Assembly: GCF_032062105.1 (NCBI RefSeq)
Contig: NW_026935546.1
Span: 1 to 64,000, forward strand
From: Saccostrea cucullata
Taxonomy: Eukaryota
DNA: 64,000 bases
Direction of reading: 5' to 3'
The notes below the pieces were generated by a model that had not been told where the DNA came from, ran no database searches, and saw nothing but the letters and a program-made list of their open reading frames with translations. The number at the start of each line of letters is the position of its first letter. Position 1 is the first letter of the stretch. Positions 44,301 to 58,560 of the stretch are shown one piece after another. The position numbers and the translations under genes were made by a program.

Positions 44301-47300
44301 AAGTATTCAAAACTTCAAAAGCTTAATTGGTCTGTACCATCAAGTGTTGAATCTTTTTTGAAGGGGGCCACTTGACATTCCTAAGCGTAACAGACACATC
44401 AAAGCCGAAAAATGAGAATTGCGTAACAAACAGAATTACTTTTGTTGCATCACTGATTTTCTATATTACACTTTTTCGCCTTATACAAGGTGATACTGTT
44501 GCTTTGTCACAATACCATGTGATTAAAAAAAACAAGAGAAAAAAAAAAACAGGGAAATAAAGAACTGGGACCGAGTTTATAAGTTGGGTGGCCTTGTTAA
44601 GTTGAACCATCTTCTTCCTTCTCCGTTTTGATATCAGTCACATGGAAAACAAACATGGCTGCTGGAAGACCTTTTTCTATTGCTCTTCCTATAAGATCAC
44701 AGGTACTTGTAAGCTTTTGGTAAAATTTTGGTACTTAATTAATGTGCTGTCATTTATTTTTTTAAACATGTTAAAGGTGTTGAATGCATTGTGGATTTAC
44801 AATATAATATGTGTTAGATAATTCATACATACATGTATCACATTATCTGATAAAGTTTTACTGATGCATGCACATTAAATTATATGATTACTGAATTATA
44901 TCATAATAAGTGAAATGATTGTCCTGATAATATTCATTAACAAGGTAACCTTGGGTCATATTTTGCATCTTTCAGCATTTTCTTGTTTCATTTATTGGTA
45001 TTAATGCTGGAAAAGCATAATGAATGAAAAATGTATTATATTAACAAAACAAAAGTTGTGTAATATATTTTATTAGCAAAATAATGTTTTTTACTGCACT
45101 TGTAAAAAGTTTCCAGCTTAATTAATATAGTTTTAAATTTAGAATTCTGTTCACTGAATGTGTGCCTCTAAGACCAGACAACTACTCAAATAGGCAATAA
45201 AATCAAATAATATTTTCATTGTATCTTATGATTCAGCCAGAAATGATGTTATATTTGGGCCACTGACTGAGATGAGAGAGACCTAGCTTGGACTGCTATA
45301 ACCTTCTCATTTTGCGTCAGTCCTCAGTTTATAAGCACTAAGCTACAAGTTATATTTTATTCTTTTGCTGTTCAACAGCGCTATATCAACTACCTAAGCA
45401 ACCATAGTCAGTTTGTTTCTTGGGTCTGATAAAATTTTTGTTGCCCAAAATCCCCATCAATAAATGTAGAATTCCTCTAACATCTTGTAGTGGTGTGCTT
45501 TGTACATGCCATAAAGGGATGGGAAATGTTAGGTCAAACTTTTGTTGCATCACTATGACTTGCAGAATGTAGTGGATATGATATGGATTGACTCTAGTCA
45601 TCAATATATGGTAAGGGTCTTGTTCATTTGCACTCTTTTGGTTCTCACCCGAGTACATGTACTAGTAATTGACTGTTAAAAGCAAAAACCTGAGTTTTGA
45701 GTTGACACATTTTCAGGTTCATTTGAACTCTTGGGTCCTCACCTATAATTTTTTTACCGTTAATTTGTAAAGCAATGTACAGTGGAGCCTCATTTATCCA
45801 GACGCTTATTGGTTCCCAGTCAGTTTGACCGAATATGTGAAGCGTCCGGATACCTGAATTACCATTTAAACAAGACAAAATAATGTAACAAAAATATATA
45901 CTGTTGGTGGGATTTTATTTATATATGACAAGTATCCGGAAACCTGAAGGTCCACTGTACTGAGTTTTGAGTTGACCTATATTTCAGGTGAGCCTAGGGG
46001 ACTATTCCCTGCCCCCAGACAAAAGAATGGAACACCTGAAGGGAATTCCACGCTGTAGCTCGACCGAGTACACAGAGCCATATGAGACAACCAAACTACT
46101 AAAAGGTAAATATCAGTGAGATATATATACATGTTGGTGTGATTTCATTTATCTATGACAGAGTACACTTAACCTGATTTGGCTATAAAAATACTTGGGG
46201 GTAAATATTTATACTGAGAAGAAAGGGATACTCTAGATCACTAAATTTTCGCAACACCTTATTTTCGCTAGATAGGCATCGATTCTTGATTAGCAAGACA
46301 AAATTTTCACGAATTGTGGTTTTTGCTCTATATACCCCTAAGGAATACTATTATATGCGAGAATCAAATTTTCGTGAGCACACTGTCTTGCGTAATTATG
46401 CGAAAATAAAGTTCTTGCGAATAAAAAAATGATTTACAGTATATAGACATGATTTCATTTTTATAATATCTCATATGACAAAGTACATTGTAAGTTGTGA
46501 GACTACCAAAATCTAATTAAAAGAATAAAAATTGTAAGATCTGCAGAATGGCTTTATTTTTTTATTTAGTATGAATATAAACATCTCATTGATCATTTTT
46601 ATTTGTTTGCAATATGTTATTTTGAAAAGTGAATTTGCATAAACTCAACTGGTGCTCTGACAATTATAGCCATATATTATTTGTTTAATATCAACTATTT
46701 TTGTGTTTGTTCCCCTAAAATTAAGACACACACATACTTGTGAATTAGAACAGAAGTTCTCTAGGGTTTTATGCATTGTTGTAGTTCTTTAAAAGTCATT
46801 TGTTGTGGTATGGAATGTACTAGGTGACATTTTTCTTGTGTACTTATTTAATATTGTCGTAAGTGCCATAATAATTTTGCTCATGTTTTGAACAGATGAT
46901 GATAAAAGTGATTATGAAGAATTCTCTATCATCTTCCTCTAATTTAGGAAATTATTTACACCATTACATGTATTTTATTTAAGTGCAGTCTTACATTTTG
47001 CCTTATTATATTTTACGTCGAGGTCAATGCAAAATTCAATAATGCAAAACGTAATAATCCCAGTTGATTACATTTTGCATTGTTATTACATTTCGCATTT
47101 TAACACTGCAGTTTATTGTCATCTTGTTTCTGTAGCTCTATACTGGTCAGAAATCAGAAGAAGTTATGGGATAGCAAGGTGTCCTTAGTCTATCTGTCTG
47201 TCTGTCTAGCTGTCCTTCTGTAAACAATTTATCAAAATGGTAATCCTTTAGGTCTAATTTGAATCATCGTCGGAAACCCACGGATGATACATGTAAGTAA

Positions 47301-50300
47301 AGACGAGATCACCCAGGGGTTTCCGACAATGAATTTGAATAAGAATTTGTATTAAGTAGTCTATACTTTGTTTTTCTTGTATGATGATTTTGATTTTGAC
47401 CAAGATTGTTGAAATAGTAAATAAAACACACACGTAGCTTCGTTGCAAAGCAACGAGAAGTTCTTTAAGGTTTTTGCACCGGAAGTAACTTTCATTTTAA
47501 AAAAGAGTAATGAAGTCCAAAAATGGTTTAATCATCCAAATCTATGTTAATTATTGCAAAATTAAGCCATTTTTGGCAATTTCCGGTATGACCGGAAGTG
47601 ACGTTGACGGACGGAAAATTAAGATTTAAGCTTCCAGTGACGTATGATATCCAAAAACCTGTCAAGAACAGCAAAAATATGCAATTTTTGACTACTTCCG
47701 GATTGACTGGAAGTGATGTCGCCGGACGTATTTTGATGACCCCATTAGATAAAGCTTGACATTTTGAACAACTTTGCTTCTTTGACGTATTACAAATTCT
47801 CAATACTTTTTGAGATATAAAGAATAACCTTTCGGCCCCTCTAAGCCCTTAATTTTACGGGCCAGCCCCTTTTACAAGATATAATTTGAAAGATCTTGGA
47901 ATTCTGCACTTCTTGTCTTCTATATATTTTAACAAAATATTTCCGGGTAAAAAGATATCATACAAAATGTGTTTAAAATTTTGAAATTCGCGATAGGACT
48001 ATTTTCGGACCATAACGAGCGTCAGCACTTCATACTTCCGGTAGTTATTATATACCTAATACCCTTCTTCAAAGGTTGCTCTAGCATCACTGAAAATTTC
48101 ATGAGTCTGTGTTTAGTGCTTTTTGAGAAAAATGCCAGACAAAGCGACCCTCTAAAAATCACTAAATCGCAGAAAACTCCGAACCGGAAGTGACGTCATC
48201 AAAACGAAAAAAAATGAATCGAGTTCAAGAAATGCGTCATTAGTCCTGAAAGTTTCATAGAAATCGATTGAGCCATTTTCGAGAAATTGCGTGCACAAAA
48301 TCGGTAAGAAAAAAAACAATAATAATAATAAGAAAAGTGAAAAAGAAACTTAAGAATCACTAGAAGGTCTTCCGCTGAAGCCGGAAGACCTTAAATAGAA
48401 TTTTCTTTGAATTCTTTTTAAATGCCACTCTTCCTACAGTTATGATTTGATTAGAGTTTATATACAAATAAGACTAACTAAGACACATCTTGCTATATTA
48501 TAAGTATATACACTCCAGTTGAGCTACAATTTTATCAGAGACTTCTGGTTTAAACATGTTTATTTAATTATGAAAAGAGTTTGAAAATTAACAATAAAAA
48601 TTAGATGATAGGAAATTAGTTCAAGTTTGCATAGAGTTACTGTAGACTTCTTAAAACAGTTTCCTGAATCCATGATGGTCTAATACAATATAAGTTAAGG
48701 GTTGACATATAAACAAGTAGTTATAAACTTGACTTTTGTATTTCCTGAATAATTTAAATAACTGAGTGATCTTGTTGCAATTTTATGATGTCTCATGTGT
48801 TGCTGTACACTTTTTCTGATTCAAATTTTGGAGAAATACAGAATTAAGACGAAGAAAAAATCGAGGTGGGGGAATAAAATGGGGGTGGGCAACTTTTTTC
48901 CTAATTACTTTTTTCTTTTAAAAAAAAGGAAGTATTTTAATCTGTTCATAAATGTTCAAAAATCCTGGAAATGTTTATTGATTTTTTTGCCTATAAAGAA
49001 CATAAATTAAAAAATCTTGAAAAATTATCAGTGGAAAAGGTTCACTGTAAAGTATATGTCCATGTATGTTGCATTAGTAGTCCTTAATCCATCCATCTTC
49101 ACACAAGTACAGTGTTGGAGAGTTATGAAGTAAAGTTTAATGGAAATGTCATGAGGTTTAAAAATATTTTCCGTTATTGGATTCTTCCTGTCATTTTAAG
49201 TTCCATGTCAGAGGGAAAAAAGGGGGGATAAGAAGATAAAATTTTTTTTTTAAGACTTTGATTTTCCCATTTCCCCCTTATCTATAATTATAGCATAACT
49301 TTTTATCCATTGATAAGTATATGATAATTAAAGACACAGATAAACTGTCAGTGATAAGTTACTTCCCCTTTGATGGCCTCACATTCCATTACTTAACAGG
49401 ATGGTGACTCTGTGTCACTATATGGAGTTCACTTGTTTTATACACTTTATGTGGGACTGTTTTATCCAGAAGGTGGGTATAGCTCCATGATAATGATCAC
49501 ATGAGGTCTCCTTTTTACTAATGATCACAGGTGCTTACTTTTTGAACTATAATGGCTTTGATTTATAAATGTTGGCTAAAAGTGCTAGGCTAATTGCTAG
49601 AGTTGAAGGACTTATAATGTACGAAAATCCCATTTCCTGATTAAAGGAAATTTGTTCAATGTTGTAAGTCTGAAATGATTTTGCATTTCCATCTTTTTCA
49701 TAATGAATTTACAGCCAACTGCATTGCATCTGCAATCAAGAAATTTTTTTTTTTGCACCGATTCATTATACCATATAGCTGAGCGAATTGGTCAAAAATT
49801 TTGGTCAATGGATGTTTTAATAATTAAGCTCTCTGTAAATAAATGTCAATTACAACTGATTTATAAAATTGTCAATATGATTATATCATAAATTGTCTAC
49901 AGTGTATTTGTCACTCCTTGATGGTGTGGACAGATTAAATAATCCAAGGGACTCTAAATAAGCCTTGACATGCAGGGACCGTAAAATATTACGTCATGAT
50001 GAGATAATTAATCAGGTATTTGACCTACCTGTTAAATCGCTGATGCTTATTGACTTCTGTCAGTCATGCGTAGCGATTTAGCTGTAGGTGTGTATTAGTA
50101 AACATCATGTATTCGGAGTCACTCTTCTGGAACCAGACAGGGTTATGTATAGGAAGTTGCTTTGGAATCTCTCGGAAACCACGCTTTTAATTAGAGTGTA
50201 GTGCCAGTGTCTGGTGGCATCACTTCCCTATGTGTGTTTAGTTCTACCTGTTGGCTTTTCCTCTAAATCTGCTTTAGCTTGGAATAGTAACATTTTGTTG

Positions 50301-53300
50301 GAACTTATTTTCTGTTTTTTTCTCTCTCAACCAAACAGGTTTAACAATCTGGTAAGAAATTAGAAGTTTTTGACTATTTCTTTGTAAGAATATATAGCTT
50401 TAAGAAATGATAGCTGTATGATGTCCTTGTTGTTAAAATTAGATTTGATAATCAACTTTCATTTCATGCAGTATTAAATAATTTCCTGTTATTCCGAGTA
50501 ATCTGTAACAAATTTTGAATGATGAAGGTTTATTATAAACATATGAAGGCTTTATAGAAATTTTACAATATATCATATAAGATTTTTAAGTAGATGATTA
50601 ATTCATGGGGTCAAAAAATTTGATAACCAGGAATAATTATTTGAAACCTGTGTCTGATTATAATGTCTTACTCATGGGAAGTTGTGTGGCTTGAGGATTT
50701 AAAGTTCTTCTTCTTGATGAATAAAAAGGTCTGGCATTTAAAAAATGTTGTTCACTATAGCCCCAGGGTTATCAATAACAATGTAAATATTCTGCACCTT
50801 GGTTGATAAACTTATTTTTTTTAAATGTAAATCGTTAAGATAAATATATAACACCCCCTTTCTTTATGTTATTTATAAACATTAACAATAGACCTGAATG
50901 TGTAGAACATTCCAAACGGGTGATTAGGATAAGCAGAAAGAGGGCTGTACATTTATACATTGAGGATTAATATTTATATCTTTATTTTTTCGTAGCTATT
51001 AGAAGAGACGGAAGTGGAAACCGAAAGTCATCTCCGTTGGAAGAGAAATCAGGTGTTTATTCCCTGGCAAAGTCAGTGAGTGCCGCCAGACCCCAGGAGA
51101 CCAAGGTTCTGTACAGAACTCTATCTGATCCTGCGGGAGGAACAACAGAGGAGGGAAATCCCACCCAGGACTACGACCACCTCAGTAGCTGGAGAACCAA
51201 ACATACTGTGTCCCCCAAGTCCCCGCGGTCCCCCAAATCCCCCCGATCTCCCAGCGGCCCCGTCATACCGCAGTATGAGGATCCCTGGGATTCCAAAGGA
51301 AAACAGCAACATTTTAATCAGATTTGTGAGAAAGCAGAAATAGTGTCACGAAATAGTCAGCCCACTTCACCTGTAAGTCCAAACAAACCTCGGAACAAAA
51401 TGGATGTGTATGAAGATGCTTGGGACTCAGATTTTCAACAGAAACTGATAGAGGCTCGGGTGCAGGAAGCGCGCAGAGCCAGTGAGTCGCGACCGAAGGG
51501 TCGATATGAATACGAGGAGCCTGTCTCCACTCCTAAATCATCAGTGCGTAAACTTCCCTCCGTAGGGACAAAAAACACTCAAAATGAAGGACAAGTGTAC
51601 ATGTCAAATTATGAACAGCCCTGGGACTCTAAAGAGAAAGAACAAGAGTTGCAGGAAAAATTTAGTCGTGTTGGGTTGTCTGGCGGTCAGAGATCCTCGG
51701 GGAGCCCCCCACCCCCAGACTTCGCACCCCCTCCACCACCCCAGACATATGAAGATGCCTGGGACATCAGACCACAGTCCAAAATCATCTCACAGGTGTC
51801 GTGTAAGTCAGGCTAAATACTCTTTAAAATGTATATAGTGAAAAATGTGCAATTGAACAATTGTGTAATCTGTTTTTTATGTAAATTCTTATCTTTATTT
51901 TCTCATTTTACTATCTCTCTGTTATTTACATGAGGCAGTCTGTAACCCTGTCCATTTCAAAGCAAATTTTGTGTCCCTTTAAATGTTGAATACTGTAAAA
52001 TAACATATTTTTGTGGGGTCAAATTTTCAAGGTTTGAGGGAAAAATATTGGTTTCATAGTTTGTGTAGATTTGAAATTCCTTTTATCATCATATAGTTCA
52101 TGTAATATTATAATTACGGGGTACATTCTTTCCAACTGCAAATAGTTATAAACATTATTATTTTTAACACTGATATCTCGAATACCATGGATATGTTGAA
52201 ATTTCAAAAGGAGCAAGAATTTCATGAAATTGCTATTATTTAAAGTTAGTTACACAAATCTCAGATACAAGTTACAACATATGGTTCAACAATTTGTCTA
52301 TATACTAAAAGGTTCACCTAGTCTGTGTTTCTACTAAAGGTTTTAATTTTTTCCTGTTTTTAAGAAAAAAAACAATAAAACATATTAATCTTTGTTTGTA
52401 ATCTTGAAATATTTATCATTATCTTGCAGTACCCAACAGAACGCCGGAACACCCACCCCCTAGAAGAACTAGTTCTCCTCCCTTGTCTAAAGCCATGGCA
52501 GAGCCTATTGACCCCAAACTACCCCTCGATATACAAAAGTAAGTCTTTAGGAGTTTTGAACGGTTTAAAAGGAAATTGATAACAAGAAATTGTAAACTGA
52601 TAATTCACTGATATACATTTCAGATGTATATTGGTTTGTTTCCTGTTTTGGTGTAAGATATTATTGTAGTTAATTTCTTTTAAGTGTTTCAAGGTGAATC
52701 TAGGATTATCTTTCCTGTATGAACATTTGTCATACACAATGTATGTTATCCTTTAACAGGGACATAGTCACATAACAGATGTCGGGTTGAGTTTATTGAG
52801 TTAATTAAATGTTATAATTCAATGATTAGGTTTTACAAACCTTCAAAATTTTAAGTGAAATGTCAAAAAATTGCCCAAAGAAATATCATAGGTGAAGGGT
52901 TAACAATATCAATAGATTTGCACAGTAGTCAAAATCATACAACTTTAAAAGTAATGCTTCAAGATAATTTTTTCACAGGTTGGCTTTGTTTTTCTAAAAA
53001 ATAAAATTCTCAAAAATCTATAAAAAATGCTATATGTTATAGATTTTACCATGGTGGGATTACAAGGAAAGATGCCGAGGAATTACTGGTGATCCATAAA
53101 GAGGGAAGCTATCTAGTGAGGCGAAGCGAGACTCAGAAAAACGTCTTCTCTCTGTCGCTCAAGTAAGTCAACTAAACTCAATATATACCAAAACAAACCA
53201 GTAGTATTATATCCCCATAAAGTTTTTTTAAAAAGCAGGTGAAATTCTTAGGTCAGTGTCAAAAGGTCAAAAATATTTATACCAGCTGAAAGGTCTTGTC

Positions 53301-54673
53301 ACATTAAATGTACATGTGAGGTATGAAAGCCCTAGATCCAACTGTTCAAAAGTTACAGCCAAGGTTAAAGTTTGGTATTTTTTTTGTAAAAGTAGGTCAA
53401 AGTCCAAGATCAAATTTGGTGGTATCTAAAGAAAGGTCTTGTCACAAAGAATACATCTGTGAAATATGAAAGTCATAGCCCCACCTTATCTTTCAGCGCC
53501 TTTGACGGAGAGAAACATCGGCTTATTCAATTACAAAGCTAAATGTCTTGCACATATATATTTGCAAGATATATGTATACAAAAATGAATAAATGCGCTA
53601 AATCAAATCTATGCTAACCTTTTAAAAATCAATTTCCGCCAAATATCGTAAACGCCAAATATAATACATTTACAGTACATCTTTGAAATATGAAAGTCAT
53701 AGCCCCACTCTATCTTTCAATCCAGGGCATAAAAAGGGTAGGGACATTGTTAAAAATAAAAAAATAATCAATTTTTGCCATGGCAGTAGAAATGGGCAAT
53801 GTAAAGCCTTGTATTGTCTTTTTTCATTTCACACAGTAAATACATAACAGCAGGGTTTACTTAGGAAAAAAATCTAGCTAAAAGATTGCCTTGTACACAA
53901 TTGATCACATAACAACAGGGGAAACAAGAGTGCCAAGTTAAGATAAATAAATAGGATGGAGGCTCAGTGATAAAAGAATGTTTTCTTTCTGCCACCAAGG
54001 CTAAGGATGACAGAAATCAAAACAAGAAAGAGCAGGATTAAGATATTGTGGTGAACATAATGTTTTTCTCCTGATACTTGAGTAGATTTATGTTTATCAA
54101 TATTCACAAATTATCACTTAAACCCAGGCAACTAGATACAATATTTATAACAGTGTTTGCTTATGTGAAGCAAGTTACGAAGAAATTAGATAAAACTGTG
54201 TGATCAAGCATGTGAATTTGTAAAGGAATAAAATAGAAAATAAAATAGGCTTGCAATATTTGTATTCTAAAATGCATGATTGATCATACCCAATTCACTG
54301 TTGCAGCATTAGCTATGAGATATACTAGTTATGTCCCTTGGACATGTGGCCAGATAGGAAATGATTATTCACTGTGGTTTAGATATATTTACCACACAAA
54401 TCTTTAAATAGCTACAGCCTTGAGGGTTCATTTCCCTGAAAAATAGTCTGACTTCACACTAACAGAGTGATTTTATCTTTTTACAGGGGTATAGGTGGAA
54501 TTCCGATGCACCTCAGAATAAGTCTGTTACACGGGGAGTACGTCCTAGGAGAGAACAGCCAGCCTTTTCCGACGGTGCCAGAGATGGTGGATTATTACAC
54601 GCGACACAATCTACCAGTACAGAACGCCAGCCATATTAAACTGCTTCATCCAATCGCTCGGCCCCGAATGTGA
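41378..54673 (+). CDS. SH2 domain-containing adaptor protein of the SHB/SHD/SHE/SHF family (~552 aa)
   Basis: Phase-consistent exons 41378-41695, 45988-46105, 50996-51802, 52430-52538, 53043-53162, 54487-54673 (1659 nt). Repeated YxxP/YEDxWD motifs, then EPIDPKLPLDIQKFYHGGITRKDAEELLVIHKEGSYLVRRSETQKNVFSLSLKGIGGIPMHLRI...YVLGENSQPFPTVPEMVDYYTRHNLPVQNASHIKLLHPI, a C-terminal SH2 typical of the SHB family. The first exon is the least certain. Confidence 0.9.
42968..43174. mobile_element. TA-flanked MITE (CTGTAAACCAA...TTGGTTTACAG)
   Basis: TA|CTGTAAACCAATT ... AATTGGTTTACAG|TA. A related copy lies at ~46230-46440. Confidence 0.7.
45780..45957. mobile_element. pogo/Tigger-like MITE
   Basis: TA|CAGTGGAGCCTCATTTATCCAGACGCTT ... 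AAGTATCCGGAAACCTGAAGGTCCACTG|TA; CAGTGG termini with a TA TSD. Confidence 0.65.
47480..48395. mobile_element. Non-autonomous Helitron/Helentron-like element
   Basis: Repeated CCGGAAGT/ACTTCCGG motifs, an (AAT)n stretch and the terminal hairpin AAGGTCTTCCG-CTGAAGC-CGGAAGACCTT at ~48364-48392. Confidence 0.65.
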
Positions 54674-55019
54674 CCTTTGAACTGGGTGTTTTTAAATTTC
54701 ACTTTTGAATGGTGCTTGTTAGTTTTTAGTTAAATGATGGTCATAATAGTTGATGATATTTATAATCATGTGATGAACTTTTTCCCCTTTGCTGCCAAAG
54801 TTCTTGAATTCTTTCTTTGTTTTATTACTTGTTAAATTCTTTCTGTTAGTCATTGAACCAGAAGTTAATTTGTTGACGATATTCTAGGATTCCTAAGAAA
54901 TAGTTTAGCTGTTTTCCTGTTTTTATGTGTTTTTAAGTCCTGTTATACTGAAAAGAGTTTTACAGATCAGATTCACTGAATCACTTTTATGCAAGGTCTT
55001 GATTACATCACCATGTTTT

Positions 55020-55502
55020 ATATGCACATTATATCACATCAATACCAAAATTGATATGATTATAACTGCTAAGTATTCCTCAAAATCGCACTAAAAAACT
55101 ATGTGTCACTTAAAGTTGTATTTATCATGTTAAAAGACCAGTCACAACATCATTTTTTTTTTACGTGTCAATAATTAACAACATGCTGTTTGGGACCACA
55201 AGGGTAACAATTTATTAACAAGAATGATATATGAAAGCAAGTGATTTGACACTGTTCTTCCATTGTAGAATCTTGAAAACAATGTATTACTATTTGTGAT
55301 CATGTCCAGAATAGCTGCATATGCACATTATATCACATCAATGTTTAATTTGATATTAATTTTTTTTTGTGTTTTGTGAAAAGACCAGAACATGAAGAAG
55401 CAATTTAACAAGAATAATATATAAAAGCAAGCGATTTGACACTGTTCTTCCATTGTAGAATCTTGAAAACAATGTACTGTATTACTATTTGTGATCATGT
55501 CC
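55020..55502 (+). repeat. Tandem duplication (~300 bp and ~185 bp units) in the putative 3' UTR of the SH2 adaptor
   Basis: ATATGCACATTATATCACATCAAT...GATTTGACACTGTTCTTCCATTGTAGAATCTTGAAAACAATGTA...TATTTGTGATCATGTCC occurs at 55020-55307 and 55319-55502. Confidence 0.8.
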
Positions 55503-57412
55503 TGAACTGTTCAACGACATCAATTAGAGTCGCATCATCATGTATATTAATCACTCATGTGTGATCATTACTATTAGATATAAATGTTTCGAAACCTGTT
55601 TCCTTAAGCCTTTTGCCTGTTTTTCCCAGATGGTATATTAATGTATTGCATATTAATGCAAAAACGAAATTTTGTGAAAGTTAGGGCAATTAATGGACAA
55701 ATTTGTATTATTTTTTAAAAGTGTGTTTCAAGTGAATGGTTGAAAATGATCATTTTATACAAACATTTTCAAAAGTATTTATATAATACTCCCATACATA
55801 TGCAGTTGGCAGGTTTTTAAGGACAATCAGAGAGGATGCTGGGATTTGTTTACAGAGTTGTTGCTAGGGTACACTCCTTTAAAATGATGCAAATATATTT
55901 AATCATTCATTTGTTTAATAACTTTAATCAGAGAACTTTATTAATTTGTGTATCACTTTTGCACAAGTCAGTCACACAAGTATTCATTATAGGAATGAAT
56001 ATCGGTACTCTATCGATTGTGAAACCAAGCATGAAAGGAAAAAAAATATTTGGGGTTAATAATAGATATGTTTTAAGTCTTGTTTTCCAATGTTGTTTAT
56101 AGGGTCTTGTTGGTTATGAATAACAATTCCCTTTATACCATCTGTTTTGTGGTTAAATATTAAATTGTTATATATTTTAGGAATTACACAGGAAGGACTT
56201 AATAGGCTAGCCTTTATATTAAATTATCTGTTCAAAAAGACAGCTGGTCTTTTGTTGAATACTCTTTTTATATTGTTACTGAGTTTGTCAAGAGCAAGCT
56301 TTAACTTGATTCTTGTGATTTTTGCCCAAAAAAAATACACTGTTCATTTGTACACATGGTGTATATTTATATATGCTGAAATAAACATGAAATTAAACGG
56401 ATTTGTTTGTTACATTAACTCAGTAAACAACACTTCCTTTTTCCGTTACATCGTTCCCCTTTTAGCTGTTAATTTCAAACCATTCATTCAAAAGGAAATG
56501 GAATTTGAAATTTCCAAAAAAAACTTCTTTTAGTTTGATGTAGGTCTCTTTGGGTTGTATTGATAAGATATTTTCCTGGTGACAAATATCTTTTAATGCA
56601 TGCCAGGAAATAAAGGGAATGAAGCCCAAAGGCAATGATGCTAACGTGGTTTGCTCTTCTTCTGCAAGGAAGTAGATTTTTGGACAAAGACATAGCTATA
56701 TAAAATGATGGTTTATCCTTGTGGAGAGATTTTATTAAATATTGCCTTGTTATCAATTTCAATAAATAAATTTGTCAACTCTATAATTATAAATTTCTTT
56801 GTAAATAATTTTCTGAAAAGAATTACTGACAAAATGGTTACATGTAATGAAAACAAAGAAAAACTTTTTTGTGACCTATTCTAGCTTAGAAGTTTGGGTG
56901 ACTTAAAAAATGTCTTAGTTCTAATATATTTTGTAAAAAGATCCAAAGATTTTAAAAAGACATCAATTTCATACTAGCATGATAAAGCGAAGGTTCAAGG
57001 TCAAGGTATCGGCCAGTCCAAGGTCAAATATAACTCAGAAGCTGCCAGTGTATTTTGTTGCCCGCAAAGATCTGTTTCCTGTATGTATCTAGCAACACCT
57101 GTAACCCCTATTAATTAAAGGTTTAATATATTTAAATAAGGAGAGATTTCACATGGAAATGAAGATCTTATCAATATCATGAGTTGATCCAATCGGGGCG
57201 GGCCAGGGGTTAGAGAATTATAAATATCAGACCATTCTATGGAGAAGAAATCTCAGAATCAGTCTTTAACTTTTCCAAAATGACCTTCCTAGGATCGATT
57301 TGTCACATACATTTCCCTTTGAGTTGAAACACCCAATTCCTTCTTATAATAACGGGGATAGATCACCAAATCCATCTAGACAAAAATAAGAATCCTAGAA
57401 ATTTTCCTTGAT

Positions 57413-57643
57413 CGGTGGCGGATTTAAGGGGGGGGGGGGGAGATAATTCAAAATTTACGTAAATCAGTTTCGTCTTGAAAATGTAAATATGCCTGGTAGA
57501 CCTCATTTTTATCCTACACAATCTCTAGAATCCAGGATCTTCCGGGGGCTTTGCCCTGGACCCACTGGGGGCCTCAAAGCGGCCCCCAGACCCCTTGCCT
57601 ACTTTTGGCGTCCCCTCTAACTTCAATTCCTGGATCCGCGCCT
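57413..57643. mobile_element. GC-rich MITE; related copy in opposite orientation at ~62750-62943
   Basis: GGTGGCGGATTTAAGGGGG...GGATCCGCGCCTG termini. GGTAGACCTCATTTTTATCCTA is the reverse complement of TAGGGTAAAAATGAGGTCTACC at ~62827, and the second copy ends CCCTTAAATCCGCCACTG. Confidence 0.7.
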
Positions 57644-58560
57644 GTTGATGTCGATGTCATGGTTCAAGGGAGATAATTAAGTTACAGTCAAGAGAAAATA
57701 TTTTCTGTACAAATCAACGCTTGGTATTTTACACTACTCTACTTGAATTGCCTTAAAAAATTATCGACAAGAAGTGTTTATAAGAGAGGGCAGATTGTAA
57801 CAAATCGACAAACATGAAAGGAATCTTTCATTATTATGAACGAAAATTTAAGAAAATAAATACTAGACATAAAAGTTTTGAAAAAAGAAAAGTTAAATAA
57901 AACGTATTTATGTGTAATGTTTAAAATCCAATTCATTCTTTATCTATGTGTACAACACTTATTTTTCTGTGGATTTTAAAGCTATTGAATCTGCACCTTT
58001 ACAGTCAGTTAGCTCGCAAAAATGAATTTTAATCCAATTCACACTTAAAGGTATACAATCAATAAAATGAACAGAAATTTTCTGAAACAGAACTTTTATA
58101 TGGATTGAGAAAATGCAATGAGATTTAAATAGTGTACCCTCTAAACCATTAAAAGTTCAAACATCTTTTCAGCTGAAAACGGTATCAAAAGATAAAATGG
58201 CGTATAAGTTTCGTCATGTTTGAATTAGATAATCAAAACTATGATTGGCTCAGTATATTCTTTGAAATGGAGTTGACAAATCTTCTACACACCATTGAAT
58301 CATCTGGTCAACATCGAAACAACATCAAATTCTCTTTCTTTATTGAGGAACTAAACTTGCAAGATTTTCGAATTCCTGAATCCGTAATATCACTTCTCGT
58401 ATACGAATTTGGAGCTAGGTATACTTGTGGTTAAAAAGGTATTCTGGATATTTTCTGTGAAATTCTTCAGATTTTCATTTATTCAATATTTGGTGTGAAA
58501 TGGAATAGCCCAGAATTATGACTTTGTGACTTTATTATAAACATATACATCAACGTAAAG

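Noticed and set aside
55836-56762. Hydrophobic ORFs of 88-128 aa downstream of the SH2 gene
   Set aside because: AT-rich composition with no motifs or splice support; most likely 3' UTR or intergenic chance ORFs.
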